Assembly (NCBI GenBank): GCA_963653425.1
Contig: CAVJWC010000001.1
Location: forward strand, 151,430-215,429
Direction of reading: 5' to 3'
From: Eubacterium sp.
GTDB lineage: Bacteria > Bacillota > Clostridia > Christensenellales > CAG-314
DNA: 64,000 nt
Of the stretch, positions 26,379-36,526 are shown in pieces (the stretch's first letter is position 1; each line of letters begins with the position of its first letter). The notes beneath the pieces are model-generated. The model made no database searches, was not told the DNA's origin, and saw nothing but the letters and a program-made list of their open reading frames with translations. Both the position numbers and the translations under genes were made by a program.

Positions 26379-27191
26379 TTAACATTTTCCGAGCTTAACT
26401 GCAATATATTTCGCGTAAAGGTCAAGAATGTCGACGTCGGTGTTTTCGTATACCATACGGCAACCTACTATATCTTCTATTTCGTTGACTACGGGTTTGC
26501 CTTTATAGGTCATAAAATCTATTCCGACGTAATCGCAACCGAGACCTTCGTAAATCCTCCTGACGTATCCGCGTTCTTCTTCGGAAAGAGGCGCGACGGA
26601 AGCTATTCCGCCCTGTTTGTAGTTGCTTTTATAGTCGAAACGGTTTACTCTCTTCATTGCGACGACGGGTTCTCCGCCCAGAACGTAAACGCGTTTGTCG
26701 TCGGATTTGTCGGCAAGACGCTGAACGATAAATCTGTCCAAAGGATTGTTTTCATCCGAAAACTCTTCCTCTATCTTCTTTTTAAGCTCTGAAAATTCGG
26801 CGTCGTTTCCTGCGATAAAGACTTCCGTGCCTCCGTGACCGTCCACGGATTTTACGATAACGGGATATTCTCCGAAAGTACACGGCATTCTTTTGTACGG
26901 AATAAAAGGCACGCCGATTTCCCTCAGAAATTCGTAAGTTTTCGCCTTGTCTCCAGCGATAAGCTGGGTTTTAAGGTTATTGAAAACGGGAACGCCTTTT
27001 GCAGTAAACTCCTCCGAAAGCTCGGGGATAAGCGTTCTCATAACGACGGCGTCGCATTCCGTGAAGTTCGTTTCAGGATAGACGAAGGTGCGGGTTTCTA
27101 TCCCGTACTTTTTTAGTCCCCTACCGAGAAGCAAAGCGAATCTTTCGTTGCCTTTGGCTCTTTCTTTGTCGTAAACTATCGCAACTCTCAT
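26379..27191 (-). CDS. RimK-family ATP-grasp ligase (paralog B)
   Basis: 270 aa. YPVIVKSVDGHGGTEVF...KRVNRFDYKSNYKQGGIA...GIDFM...VNEIE ATP-grasp blocks. Confidence 0.8.
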   Translation of the reverse strand: MRVAIVYDKERAKGNERFALLLGRGLKKYGIETRTFVYPETNFTECDAVVMRTLIPELSEEFTAKGVPVFNNLKTQLIAGDKAKTYEFLREIGVPFIPYKRMPCTFGEYPVIVKSVDGHGGTEVFIAGNDAEFSELKKKIEEEFSDENNPLDRFIVQRLADKSDDKRVYVLGGEPVVAMKRVNRFDYKSNYKQGGIASVAPLSEEERGYVRRIYEGLGCDYVGIDFMTYKGKPVVNEIEDIVGCRMVYENTDVDILDLYAKYIAVKLGKC

Positions 27192-28048
27192 TTTACGGTA
27201 TCGGTTATATAGCGGGCTATAAATTCCGACGTGTCTGTGCCCGTCGCGTCAAACAGATTTTTGAAATGCGCGTTGGTGTTGATTTCGCAGAGAATGGGCT
27301 TATCGTTTTCTCCGAAAAGAATATCCACGCCGGCAAAATCCGCTCCGACTTTTCTGCACGCGGTAATCGCCATGTCTTTCATTTCTTCCGAAGGCTCGTA
27401 AGGAAACATCTTTCCGCCGTTGGTTACGTTTGCTATAAAATCTCCGTCTTTGGCTTTCCTGTAAGCCGTAGCGACGACTTGTCCGCCCACGACCTGAATT
27501 CTGACGTCGCGTCCGTAACTGCTGCCGATAAACTTCTGACAGATCATCGTTCTCGGCGTTATGGAAAGAATCCTTTCAATCAGTTCTTCTCTGTTTTTTA
27601 TGAGAAAAACCTGTTTTCCGAAACTTCCGTGACATTCTTTAAGCACCATAGGATAACCTATCGTCTTTTCGATTTTCTCGGTAAAGCTTATATCGCTGTA
27701 AGGCATAAACGACTTGGGCAGAACGACCGTTTCGGGCATGGGTATTCCTTCGTTTTCCAAAGCAATTGCGGTCAAGCCTTTGTCGTCGCATATTTCGAGA
27801 GCCTCGGCGCTGTTGAAAACTCTCATTCCCGCCTTTTCAAGTCTTTTCGCAAGCGCAATATCCTTGTCCCAGAAAAGCACGAAATCTCCCTTTGGAAGCT
27901 CTGCTCCTATCGGAAGTAAAGTGAGATCGCAGTTAGTGTAGCGTTCTACCGTGCAACCGCATCTTTCGAGAGAACTCTGAAGCATATCGTATATCGTTGA
28001 AAATTTGTCCCATTTTACAAATCCGTTAGTAACAAAAATTCCTTTCAT
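27188..28048 (-). CDS. RimK-family ATP-grasp ligase (paralog A)
   Basis: YPMVLKECHGSFGKQVF...YRKAKDGDFIANVTNGGKM...GVDILF...CEINTNAHF. ATG 28048 follows AGAGGA. ATGA overlap with paralog B. Confidence 0.8.
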   Translation of the reverse strand: MKGIFVTNGFVKWDKFSTIYDMLQSSLERCGCTVERYTNCDLTLLPIGAELPKGDFVLFWDKDIALAKRLEKAGMRVFNSAEALEICDDKGLTAIALENEGIPMPETVVLPKSFMPYSDISFTEKIEKTIGYPMVLKECHGSFGKQVFLIKNREELIERILSITPRTMICQKFIGSSYGRDVRIQVVGGQVVATAYRKAKDGDFIANVTNGGKMFPYEPSEEMKDMAITACRKVGADFAGVDILFGENDKPILCEINTNAHFKNLFDATGTDTSEFIARYITDTVK

Positions 28049-28073
28049 TTCAATCCTCTTGGCGAGCAATAGG

Positions 28074-28904
28074 TTAATCCTTCTGCCCGCATATTTCTTT
28101 CCGGAGAGCGATAAAATCTTCCGCCGAAAGACTTTCTCCTCTGATTCTGGTATCGAATCCGCAATTCGACAACGCTTTTTCGGCTTCTTCGCGCGTCATA
28201 CCGTATCCGCCGATAAGGTTGTTGACAAGCGTTTTTCTTCTCATCGAAAAAGCCGCTTTCACCAAAGCCCGTATCTCTTTATAATCAACCTCGTACTTGT
28301 TTCTGTTTATGGGAATGTGAATTACCGCGCTGTCTACGTTGGGAACGGGATAAAACATCTGTCGCGGAACCTTTCTCGTAATAAAAGGATCGGACACGAA
28401 ATCCAAGGCTACGGTTATCGCTCCGTAATCTTCGCTTCCGACGTCAGCGCAAAATCTTTTCGCCACTTCGTACTGAACCATAACCGTTATCGATTTGACG
28501 GGAAGATCGCTTTCCAAAAACTTCATTATAACGGGCGTGGTTATGTAGTACGGAAGATTTGCCACCACTCTGAAATCGCCCTGAGTTTTTTCGAGAAGTT
28601 CTTTTTCGGGGTAATTCAGCGCGTCTGCAAAAATCACTTCCACGTTGTCCGTATCGCCAAGCGTTTCGGCTATTACGGGTTCGAGATTACGGTCGATTTC
28701 AAACGCAACGACTTTCTTTGCGGATAAGGCGAGTTCTTTCGTTAAAGTAGCCGCGCCTACGCCTATTTCCACTACGGTATCTTCCTTCGTTATGCCCGCG
28801 TCGGAAACGATGGCGGCAAGAAGATTTCTGTCGGAAATAAAGTTTTGTCCGAACTGCTTGTTGAATTTGAAATTATGACGTGTTAAGGTATCTTTCAGGC
28901 TCAT
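28074..28904 (-). CDS. rsmA: 16S rRNA (adenine1518/1519-N6)-dimethyltransferase
   Basis: FGQNFISD...VVEIGVGAATLT...ANLPYYITTP, typical of KsgA/RsmA. Confidence 0.95.
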   Translation of the reverse strand: MSLKDTLTRHNFKFNKQFGQNFISDRNLLAAIVSDAGITKEDTVVEIGVGAATLTKELALSAKKVVAFEIDRNLEPVIAETLGDTDNVEVIFADALNYPEKELLEKTQGDFRVVANLPYYITTPVIMKFLESDLPVKSITVMVQYEVAKRFCADVGSEDYGAITVALDFVSDPFITRKVPRQMFYPVPNVDSAVIHIPINRNKYEVDYKEIRALVKAAFSMRRKTLVNNLIGGYGMTREEAEKALSNCGFDTRIRGESLSAEDFIALRKEICGQKD

Positions 28905-28944
28905 ACGCGTTAGTTTATCATTTTTTAGTCGTTTTGTAAAGCAT

Positions 28945-29820
28945 TTAGCTTTTCCGTAGGGAATGCGGATACAAAAATCTTTCGTTTTCGTACAAAACCG
29001 ACGAGTTTTTAAGGTAAATCTCTTCGAAATTTTCGGTAGTTAACGGGTGAGAAAGTTCTTCGCGCCCCACTTCTATCGTTACCGACGGAATTTTCAGTTT
29101 GTCTATGCACCAGTCTTTATATCCGCCCGCGCTTCCTTCGCGTTCCCGAAGTCTGTAACCCGTGCTTTTGGCTATTCTTTTGGCGTAGCCGTAATCTCTC
29201 CACAGCCTTTTCCCCGTCTGACGGAAATTCCAGTAAATCACTTCGCCTTTACTGTGGTATGAAAGAGTAAGCGACGGACGAACGGCAAGCGTGAAATCTA
29301 CGAGAGCTTTGCTTTCTGGCTGGTCGCAGGGAGCGTTACCGACGTAGTTTTCGGGCGACGGATAAAACACGTTTCTTTTGCCCTGAGCCCAATCCGCGTC
29401 GAAGTTAACGTTAAGGTCGACGCCCGTAATATTGGCTTTCCAGAGTTTTTTGTCTCTACTAAGAGAATTTACGAAACGCTTGTATTTTTTCCACTCTCTT
29501 TTCTCGTCCAAAAAGGAAATCCCTTCGGTGGCAAGTCGCATTCCGTCGGGATTTACGCAGGGAACGAAGTAAGTACGGACTTTATAATCGTTTTTTGTTG
29601 CGGCTTTTGCAAGAGCTAAAACCAATAAAACGGTAATATGTTCGCGCGCGTGTATTCCGCCCGTAATTATAACGCTTTTTCTGTCTTCGTCCGTCGAGTT
29701 TCCGCCAACGGCTATATAGGGAATATCCTGTCCGAGATGGCTTTTGCCTACGCTTCCCGCAGTAAAGCCCGAGGCGCGGAATTTCTCGGTTTCGGTAAGC
29801 AAATCTTTATAAAAAAACAT
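28945..29820 (-). CDS. M14 family zinc carboxypeptidase (gamma-D-glutamyl-diamino-acid peptidase-like)
   Basis: GGIHAREH zinc motif, DLNVNF, SYHSKGEVIYW. No signal peptide is evident. Confidence 0.8.
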   Translation of the reverse strand: MFFYKDLLTETEKFRASGFTAGSVGKSHLGQDIPYIAVGGNSTDEDRKSVIITGGIHAREHITVLLVLALAKAATKNDYKVRTYFVPCVNPDGMRLATEGISFLDEKREWKKYKRFVNSLSRDKKLWKANITGVDLNVNFDADWAQGKRNVFYPSPENYVGNAPCDQPESKALVDFTLAVRPSLTLSYHSKGEVIYWNFRQTGKRLWRDYGYAKRIAKSTGYRLREREGSAGGYKDWCIDKLKIPSVTIEVGREELSHPLTTENFEEIYLKNSSVLYENERFLYPHSLRKS

Positions 29821-29989
29821 AAAACACCTCTTTGCGCTCCGCTCCGTATGAAAATCAAACTTTCGGCGGAAGACTTCTCGGTATTATATGTTTCTTTTTT
29901 ATGAAGCGTTACTTTCGTTATCGCCGAATCAAACGTTTTCAGGATATGATAACCTGTTATAACGAACCGAAAGCCCGAAAACCGAGAAG

Positions 29990-31222
29990 TTATTTCAGTT
30001 TAACGAGACGGTCAAGGCATTCTTTCACGGCGATTTTAACGTGTTCGTAGGTAAGTCCGCCCTGAAGGTAAGCGATATAAGGTTCTTTTATGGGAGAATC
30101 GCAACTAAGTTCTATGGAAGAACCGCCTACGAAACATCCGGCAGCCATTATTACCTGATGACGATACCCCGGCATATCCCAAGGTTCGGGAACGGCAAAG
30201 CTGTCTACGGGCGAAACGTACTGAATGCCCTGACAGAAAGCTATAAGCTGTTCTTTGGAGTCGAACTTTATCGAGCAGATAATGTCGCCTATAGGATCGT
30301 TTTTATCGGGCAGAGTCGAAAAGCCCAGATATTTCATAGTCGTCGAAAAGAGAAGCATTCCTTTGACTGCCTGAGCGGTAACGTGAGGAGCCATAAAAAA
30401 GCCCTGATAAAACGGTCTGTATCCCATTTCGTACGAACCGACTTCCGTTCCGAGAGAAGGCGCGGTAAGGCGATACCCCACTTTCTCTATAAGGTCGGCT
30501 CTTCCCGCTATATATCCTCCGCAGGGAGCAAGTCCTCCGCCGGGATTCTTTATAAGCGAACCCGCTATAATATCCGCGCCGACGGAAGCAGGTTCTCTTT
30601 CTTCGATAAACTCGCCGTAACAGTTGTCGACCATGATTATCGAAGTCGGAGAAAGCTTTTTGACGAAAGAAACTGTCTCTTCTATATCGGCGACGGTCAT
30701 TGCGTTACGGGAAGTGTATCCTCTCGAACGCTGAAGATAAACCAGTTTGGGCTTGTTTTCGGTAAGATACTTTTCCGCGGAAGCAAAGTCGGCTTTACCG
30801 TCTTTCATTGCGATAATATCGAAGGTTATTCCGTAGTCGGCAAGCGAACCGTTATCCTTTCCGAAAAGAACCTTTCCGAGCGTGTCGTAGGGTTCTCCCG
30901 TAAGAGAAAGAGCCTTATCGCCCGTTCTTAAAACTCCGAAAAGCGCGACGGTAAGAGCCTGCGTTCCCGAAGAAATATAGGGCGAAACGATTGCCGATTC
31001 ACAGCCGAAAACGTCGGCGTAGATTTTGTTGAGAGTGTCTCTGCCCACGTCGTCGTAGCCGTATCCCGTGGTTCCGTAAAAATGACGGGCGGCAACGCAA
31101 TGCGTTCTGAACGAATCAAGCACTTTTTTCTGATTCTTAAGAGCCGTTTCGTCAATCTTCGAAAAGACTTCCGCAAGCTCTTTTTCTGCGTTTTCTATTA
31201 TAGTCTGCGTATCGTAAATCAT
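29990..31222 (-). CDS. YnbB-like (aluminium-resistance / methionine gamma-lyase family) PLP-dependent protein
   Basis: 410 aa. HFYGTTGYGYDDVGRDTL...SGTQAL blocks characteristic of this family. Confidence 0.8.
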   Translation of the reverse strand: MIYDTQTIIENAEKELAEVFSKIDETALKNQKKVLDSFRTHCVAARHFYGTTGYGYDDVGRDTLNKIYADVFGCESAIVSPYISSGTQALTVALFGVLRTGDKALSLTGEPYDTLGKVLFGKDNGSLADYGITFDIIAMKDGKADFASAEKYLTENKPKLVYLQRSRGYTSRNAMTVADIEETVSFVKKLSPTSIIMVDNCYGEFIEEREPASVGADIIAGSLIKNPGGGLAPCGGYIAGRADLIEKVGYRLTAPSLGTEVGSYEMGYRPFYQGFFMAPHVTAQAVKGMLLFSTTMKYLGFSTLPDKNDPIGDIICSIKFDSKEQLIAFCQGIQYVSPVDSFAVPEPWDMPGYRHQVIMAAGCFVGGSSIELSCDSPIKEPYIAYLQGGLTYEHVKIAVKECLDRLVKLK

Positions 31223-31238
31223 AATTTCTGAGTCCGTT

Positions 31239-32162
31239 TTATAGTTTTTTGATTTCTTCGTCTATAATTTCGAGTAATTTATCCGTTTTTAAGGAAGCGT
31301 CAAGCTTTATCGTATTCATTCTTTTGAAATAGGAAAGCTGACGTTTCGCGTAGTGGCGTGTGTTGAGTTTGATGGCGTTTATGGCTTCTTCCAGACTGCA
31401 CTTTCCGTCAAGATAAGGCACGATTTCTTTGTAACCTATCCCCTGCATACTCTGGCAGTCCGCGCCGTAAGTTCCGTAAAGTCCGTCGACTTCGCCTATA
31501 AGCCCGTTTTCTATCATTTTATCCACGCGCGCGTCTATTCTCGCGTAGAGTTCTTCTCTGTTCCGCGAAAGCTCGAATATAACGGCTTTTTCGTAACGTT
31601 TTTTGCGCTGTTTTCCGCTTCCCGAAGACTTTTTGCGCCCCGTGGTCTTATAGATTTCTATCGCGCGGATAACTCGTTTTACGTTATTGGGGTGAATATC
31701 TTCCGCCGAATCGGGATCGATTTCCCGTAAAAGTCCGTGAAGATATTCGGCGCCTTTTTCTTTATAAAGTTCGTTAAGTTCCGTTCTTACGTCTTCGTTC
31801 GCGCTTCCTTCGAAGTCGAGTTCGTAAAGAAGAGAATCGAAATAAAATCCCGTTCCGCCGACTATAAGAGGAGTTTTTCCCATAGAAACGAGATCGGATA
31901 TTTCTTTATCGCATCTTTCCGCAAAATCCTGACTGCTGAAATACTCGTCGGGTTCCGCTATATCGATAAGACGGTGAAAAACGCGCTTCTGCTCTTCTTT
32001 AGTGGGTTTTGCCGTTCCTATATCGAATCCTCTGTAAATCTGCATGGAATCGGCTGAAATTACGTCCGTACCGAGTTTTTCGGCAAGAGAAAAAGCCAGA
32101 TCGCTTTTGCCCGAAGCCGTCGGACCTAAAAGCCCGATCAGGAGACTATCCTTTTGAACCAT
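31239..32162 (-). CDS. miaA: tRNA dimethylallyltransferase
   Basis: GPTASGKS P-loop, MQIYRGFDIGTAKP, IVGGTGFY. Overlaps the mutL end by 25 nt. Confidence 0.95.
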   Translation of the reverse strand: MVQKDSLLIGLLGPTASGKSDLAFSLAEKLGTDVISADSMQIYRGFDIGTAKPTKEEQKRVFHRLIDIAEPDEYFSSQDFAERCDKEISDLVSMGKTPLIVGGTGFYFDSLLYELDFEGSANEDVRTELNELYKEKGAEYLHGLLREIDPDSAEDIHPNNVKRVIRAIEIYKTTGRKKSSGSGKQRKKRYEKAVIFELSRNREELYARIDARVDKMIENGLIGEVDGLYGTYGADCQSMQGIGYKEIVPYLDGKCSLEEAINAIKLNTRHYAKRQLSYFKRMNTIKLDASLKTDKLLEIIDEEIKKL

Positions 32163-34099
32163 TTTTCTATCTCGCTTTTGGATATTTTAAGAACTATCGG
32201 CCTTCCGTGAGGACATTTAAGACTGACGTTTTCCGAAAGTTTTTCTATCAGGCTTTCCGTCTGCGCGTCGGACAAAACGTCCCCCGCTTTTACCGCCGAA
32301 CGGCAAGCCAGACGGGCAAGGGTTTCTTTTGTTAAACGCGAATAGTTTTCGATGCCGTCGTCGCTTTCGAGAAGACAGGACACGAACTTTTCGGGCGAAA
32401 TTTCTCCGAGCGTAACGGGCAGTCCGTCTATTCTGAAAGCGTTGCCTCCGAAGGGAGCTATATCGAATCCGAAAGACTTTATAATATCGAGATTACCCGA
32501 AACCGTTTCGTACTCTCTGTCGTTCACAGAAAAGATATAGGGAACGAGCATAGGCTGAGTCACGATTTCTTTGTTTTCGAAATCGGCGCAAAGCCTGTCG
32601 AAGATAAGTCTTTCGTGAGCCGCGTGCTGATCTACGAGATAAAGTTCCTTGCCGTCCTCCGATTGAAGGAGAATATACGCGTCGAACACCGTTCCTACCT
32701 TGGAAAGTTTTTTCGCGGGGAAAGCTTCCGTCTGTTTTTCGGACTGCCTGGATTGTTTGGACTTTTCGTAGATTTCGTTTATCTCAATCGCGTCCTCGTT
32801 GATTTTCTCTTCGTAATCTTTGCGGATTTCTTCTTTCCTGTAACCTACCGAATAAAGAGGCGTTCTGAGAATTGCCGTAGTCTTGGGTTGTTCCGAAAGA
32901 TTTTCGCGCGCTGAGTCGTCGGTTATGCGAGGCAGGTTTTCCGTTCTTACGTAGCTACAGGGAGTCTGAGAAAAATCCTGAACCTCGGGGCTTTCGAGCG
33001 CGCTTTTCTCGTTTTCGTGAAGCATATTTTCCTTCGCCGTTCCGTAGTCTTCGTCGGAAACTTCGTCTTTTTTACCGAAAAAGCTGACTTCCGAAACGGA
33101 CAGAACGCGCTTGTCTTCGTTTTTGATTGCGTCGGAAACTGGCGCGTAAACGGCTGAAAATACGCTTCTGTCGTCGGTAAATCTTACGTCGAGTTTATTC
33201 GGGTGAACGTTGACGTCGATTTCGTCGAAAGGAACGGTAAGATAAAGCAGATAATAGGGATACTGCCTCGTCATAAGATAGGGCTTATAAGCGACGCGAA
33301 GAGCGTTGGCTATATTGGAGTTGACGACGTATCTGCCGTTAATGACCAAAGTCTGATAGGTAGTGTTGCTTTTGGGGAAAAGCGGACTGCCTATGAAGCC
33401 TTCGACGATATATCTTTTATACACGGCGTTTATGCGAAGGGAATTTTTCAGCATTTCGCTTCCGTAAACGCAACAGAAAGCGTCTTCCGCGCCTTTACCC
33501 GAAGAATTGAAAATCTCTTCTCCGTCGGCTGTGTACTTTATGGCTTTTTGGGGATTGGCTAAAATAAGACGGCTCACGAGGTTGGTGATTTCTCTCGTTT
33601 CGCCCGCGTTTTTTTTAAGAAATTTAAGTCTTGCCGGGGTATTGAAAAACAAATCCGACACGGTTACGGAAGTTCCTTTGTTTCCGGCGACGGTCTGAAT
33701 TTCTCCGAAAACTCCACCCTCTCCGTAAATCGCTTTTGCGTATTCGTCTTTTTCCGTTCGGGTTACGAGTCTGACTTTGGCAACCGAAGCTATACTCGGC
33801 AAAGCTTCTCCTCTGAAACCTAAAGTCTTTATTCCGAAAAGATCCTCCTGCGTGGAAATTTTACTCGTCGCATGAGGAAGAAAGGCGGTTTTAACGTATT
33901 CCGCGCCTATTCCTTTTCCGTCGTCGGTAACCGTAATCGAGGAAATGCCCCCTCCCGTTATGGAAATCTTTATGGAATTCGCGCCCGCGTCCACTGCGTT
34001 TTCTACGAGTTCTTTTACTACGGACGAAGGTCTTTCCACGACTTCTCCGGCGGAAATTTTATTGTAAATATCGGAAGGCAATACTTTTATCTGATCCAT
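32138..34099 (-). CDS. mutL: DNA mismatch repair endonuclease MutL
   Basis: [30 protein letters not shown] N terminus. C-terminal DQHAAHERL motif. Confidence 0.95.
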   Translation of the reverse strand: [653 protein letters not shown]

Positions 34100-36523
34100 T
34101 TATCCACGCTTGTTTTCTATTTCTTTACTTATTTCCCTTGCGCGTTCGACAACGCATTTTTCTATTCCGGCAAGCTCGGCGACTTCTATTCCGAAGCTTC
34201 TGCTCGAACCGCCTTCCACGACTTTTCTTAGGAAAACCACGCCGTTTTCCGTTTCTTTGACAGCCATACCGAAACTCTTTATTCCTTCCGTTATTTCGGC
34301 AAGTTCCACGAGTTCGAAGTAATGGGTGGCAAACACCGTTTTCGCGCGGATTTTTTCGTTTATGTACTCTATAACCGCGCGCGCTATGCTCAGCCCGTCG
34401 AGAGAAGAAGTTCCTCTTCCCAGTTCGTCTATTATGATAAGACTCTTTTCCGTCGCGTTTTTGAGAATGTAAGCCGCTTCGGTCATTTCCACCATAAACG
34501 TACTCTGGTTAAAGAGAATATCGTCGCTTGCTCCCACTCTCGTGAAAATCTTGTCGGTAACGGGAATCAGAGCTTTGTCCGCAGGCACGAAACAACCTAT
34601 GTGAGCCATAACCGTAATAAGCGCGATCTGCCTCATATAAGTGCTTTTACCCGCCATATTGGGACCTGTCAGAATCATCGTTCTGCTTTCGCCGTTGTCG
34701 AGGTAGGTGTCGTTTGCGATAAAGTTCTCCGTTTTCATAAGCTCTTCGATAATGGGATGGCGACCGGCTTTAATTTCCAGCCGTCCGTCCTCTTCGTTTA
34801 TCACGGGCTTTACGTAACCGTTAGCTACCGAAACTCTCGCAAGACTTAAAACGCAATCCGCACTTGCCACGGCGACTGCGATCTTCTGAAGTTTGGGAAT
34901 ATACGCCGCCGCAGTCGAACATATCTCGGCGTATATCTTTCTTTCGAGCGCCCCGCAACGTTCGCTTGCGGTCAAAAGCTTTTCTTCGAGAACTTTAAGT
35001 TCTTCGGTAATGAATCTCTCTCCGTTCGTAAGCGTCTGCTTTCTTATATAATCTGCGGGAACGCTGTTTCTGAAGGAGTTGCTGACTTCTATATAGTAAC
35101 CGAAAACTTTGTTATAGCCTACTTTAAGCGTCTTTATGCCCGTTCTCTGTTTCTCGCGCGATTCGAGTTCGCAGAGCATGCCTTTTCCGTCGGAAGAAAG
35201 CTTTCTGAGTTCGTCGAGTTCACGGTTGAATCCGCGTTTTATATATCCGCCGTCTTTGAGCATTGCGGGCGGTTCGTCGGAAATCGCACTGCGCAAAAGG
35301 TCGAGAAGTTCTTCGTAGCCCGTAAATTCACCGCGTACGCGCGAGCAGAACTCCGACTTCGTATAAGACAAGGTAACGCTTATCTCGGGAAGAAGCGCAA
35401 GCGAAGCTTCCAGAGCTTTGAAATCGCGGGGCATAACCGTTCCGTAAGCCATTTTTCCGCATATACGCTCTATATCGCGCATTCCGCGAAGCTTATCGAA
35501 AAGACCTTCCCTTAAAAGAAAGTCGTCTACGAAGCATTCTACCGCGTCCAGCCTGCGACCTATCGCCACGGGATGGATAAGCGGACGGGTTATCCATCGT
35601 TTAAGCATTCGAGCGCCCATACTCGTAGCCGTTTTGTCGAGAAGCCATAAAAGACTTCCCTTTCTTTTCTGATCTCTGCTCGTCTGAGTAAGTTCGAGAT
35701 TTCTTCTCGTGTTATAGTCGAGAGACATATAGAGATTACCCGTAACGAGCTTTATTCCCGATATATTGGAAAGCCGTCTTTTCTGCGTTTCGTTAAGATA
35801 AGCGAGAACGGCTCCCACCGCTCCTATGCAAAGAGGCGATTCTTTTATCTCGAAAACGTTTATCGAATGAACACCGAAAAATTCCGTTATGGTTTTTTCC
35901 GCGTTTTCGCATTCGAAAGCGCTGTCTTCGTAAGGACGGAACTGCGGAACGTATTCCGATTTTACGCAGGAAAGTTTGTCGTTTAAAAACAAAGCTTTGG
36001 AGTTGCAGATGATCTCCGACGGTTTAAGAGAAACCAACGTTTCCGAAAGCTCGGATTCGGTCTTTTCGCCAAGTTCGCAGACGGAAAGATCGCCCGTCGT
36101 TATATCCGCCCAGCAAAGCGCGGCTTTTCCGTTCAGGAAGTAAACCGACGCAAGATAGTTGTTGCTCTTTTCGTCGAGCATCGAATCTTCCATAACCGTA
36201 CCGGGGGTTATTACGCGCGTTACTTCCCTTTCGGCTACGCCCTTTGCGTTAAGATTAAGCTGTTCGCAGACGGCTACTTTACAGCCTGCCGCTATAAGAC
36301 GGGAAATGTAGTTGTCCACCGCGTGATACGGCACTCCGCACATAGGCGCGCGCTGTTTTTCTCCGCAATCCCTGCCCGTCAGAACGAGATCGAGAATCGA
36401 GCTTGCTTTTACGGCGTCCTCAAAAAACATTTCATAGAAATCGCCCAGTCTGAACATAAGAATACAGTCTTCGTACTGCTTCTTTATGCTCATATATTGC
36501 TGCATCATCGGTGATAAAGCCAT
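34100..36523 (-). CDS. mutS: DNA mismatch repair protein MutS
   Basis: PMMQQYMSIKKQY...FRLGDFYEMF and the GPNMAGKSTYMRQ Walker A. The stop abuts the mutL start. Confidence 0.95.
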   Translation of the reverse strand: MALSPMMQQYMSIKKQYEDCILMFRLGDFYEMFFEDAVKASSILDLVLTGRDCGEKQRAPMCGVPYHAVDNYISRLIAAGCKVAVCEQLNLNAKGVAEREVTRVITPGTVMEDSMLDEKSNNYLASVYFLNGKAALCWADITTGDLSVCELGEKTESELSETLVSLKPSEIICNSKALFLNDKLSCVKSEYVPQFRPYEDSAFECENAEKTITEFFGVHSINVFEIKESPLCIGAVGAVLAYLNETQKRRLSNISGIKLVTGNLYMSLDYNTRRNLELTQTSRDQKRKGSLLWLLDKTATSMGARMLKRWITRPLIHPVAIGRRLDAVECFVDDFLLREGLFDKLRGMRDIERICGKMAYGTVMPRDFKALEASLALLPEISVTLSYTKSEFCSRVRGEFTGYEELLDLLRSAISDEPPAMLKDGGYIKRGFNRELDELRKLSSDGKGMLCELESREKQRTGIKTLKVGYNKVFGYYIEVSNSFRNSVPADYIRKQTLTNGERFITEELKVLEEKLLTASERCGALERKIYAEICSTAAAYIPKLQKIAVAVASADCVLSLARVSVANGYVKPVINEEDGRLEIKAGRHPIIEELMKTENFIANDTYLDNGESRTMILTGPNMAGKSTYMRQIALITVMAHIGCFVPADKALIPVTDKIFTRVGASDDILFNQSTFMVEMTEAAYILKNATEKSLIIIDELGRGTSSLDGLSIARAVIEYINEKIRAKTVFATHYFELVELAEITEGIKSFGMAVKETENGVVFLRKVVEGGSSRSFGIEVAELAGIEKCVVERAREISKEIENKRG

Positions 36524-36526
36524 TTT

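Noticed and set aside
26281-28073. Graspetide or microviridin-type RiPP cluster, since tandem ATP-grasp ligases suggested MdnB/MdnC.
   Set aside because: The gaps flanking the pair are only 98 nt and 4-25 nt, and neither contains a precursor-peptide ORF. There is no transporter, protease or acetyltransferase partner. The sequences look like RimK-type ligases.
31223-31238. No hfq between miaA and the ynbB-like gene, although the mutS-mutL-miaA-hfq order is seen in many Firmicutes.
   Set aside because: The gap is only 16 nt, so hfq is genuinely absent here. However, hfq location and presence vary widely among Clostridia, so this is not informative alone.
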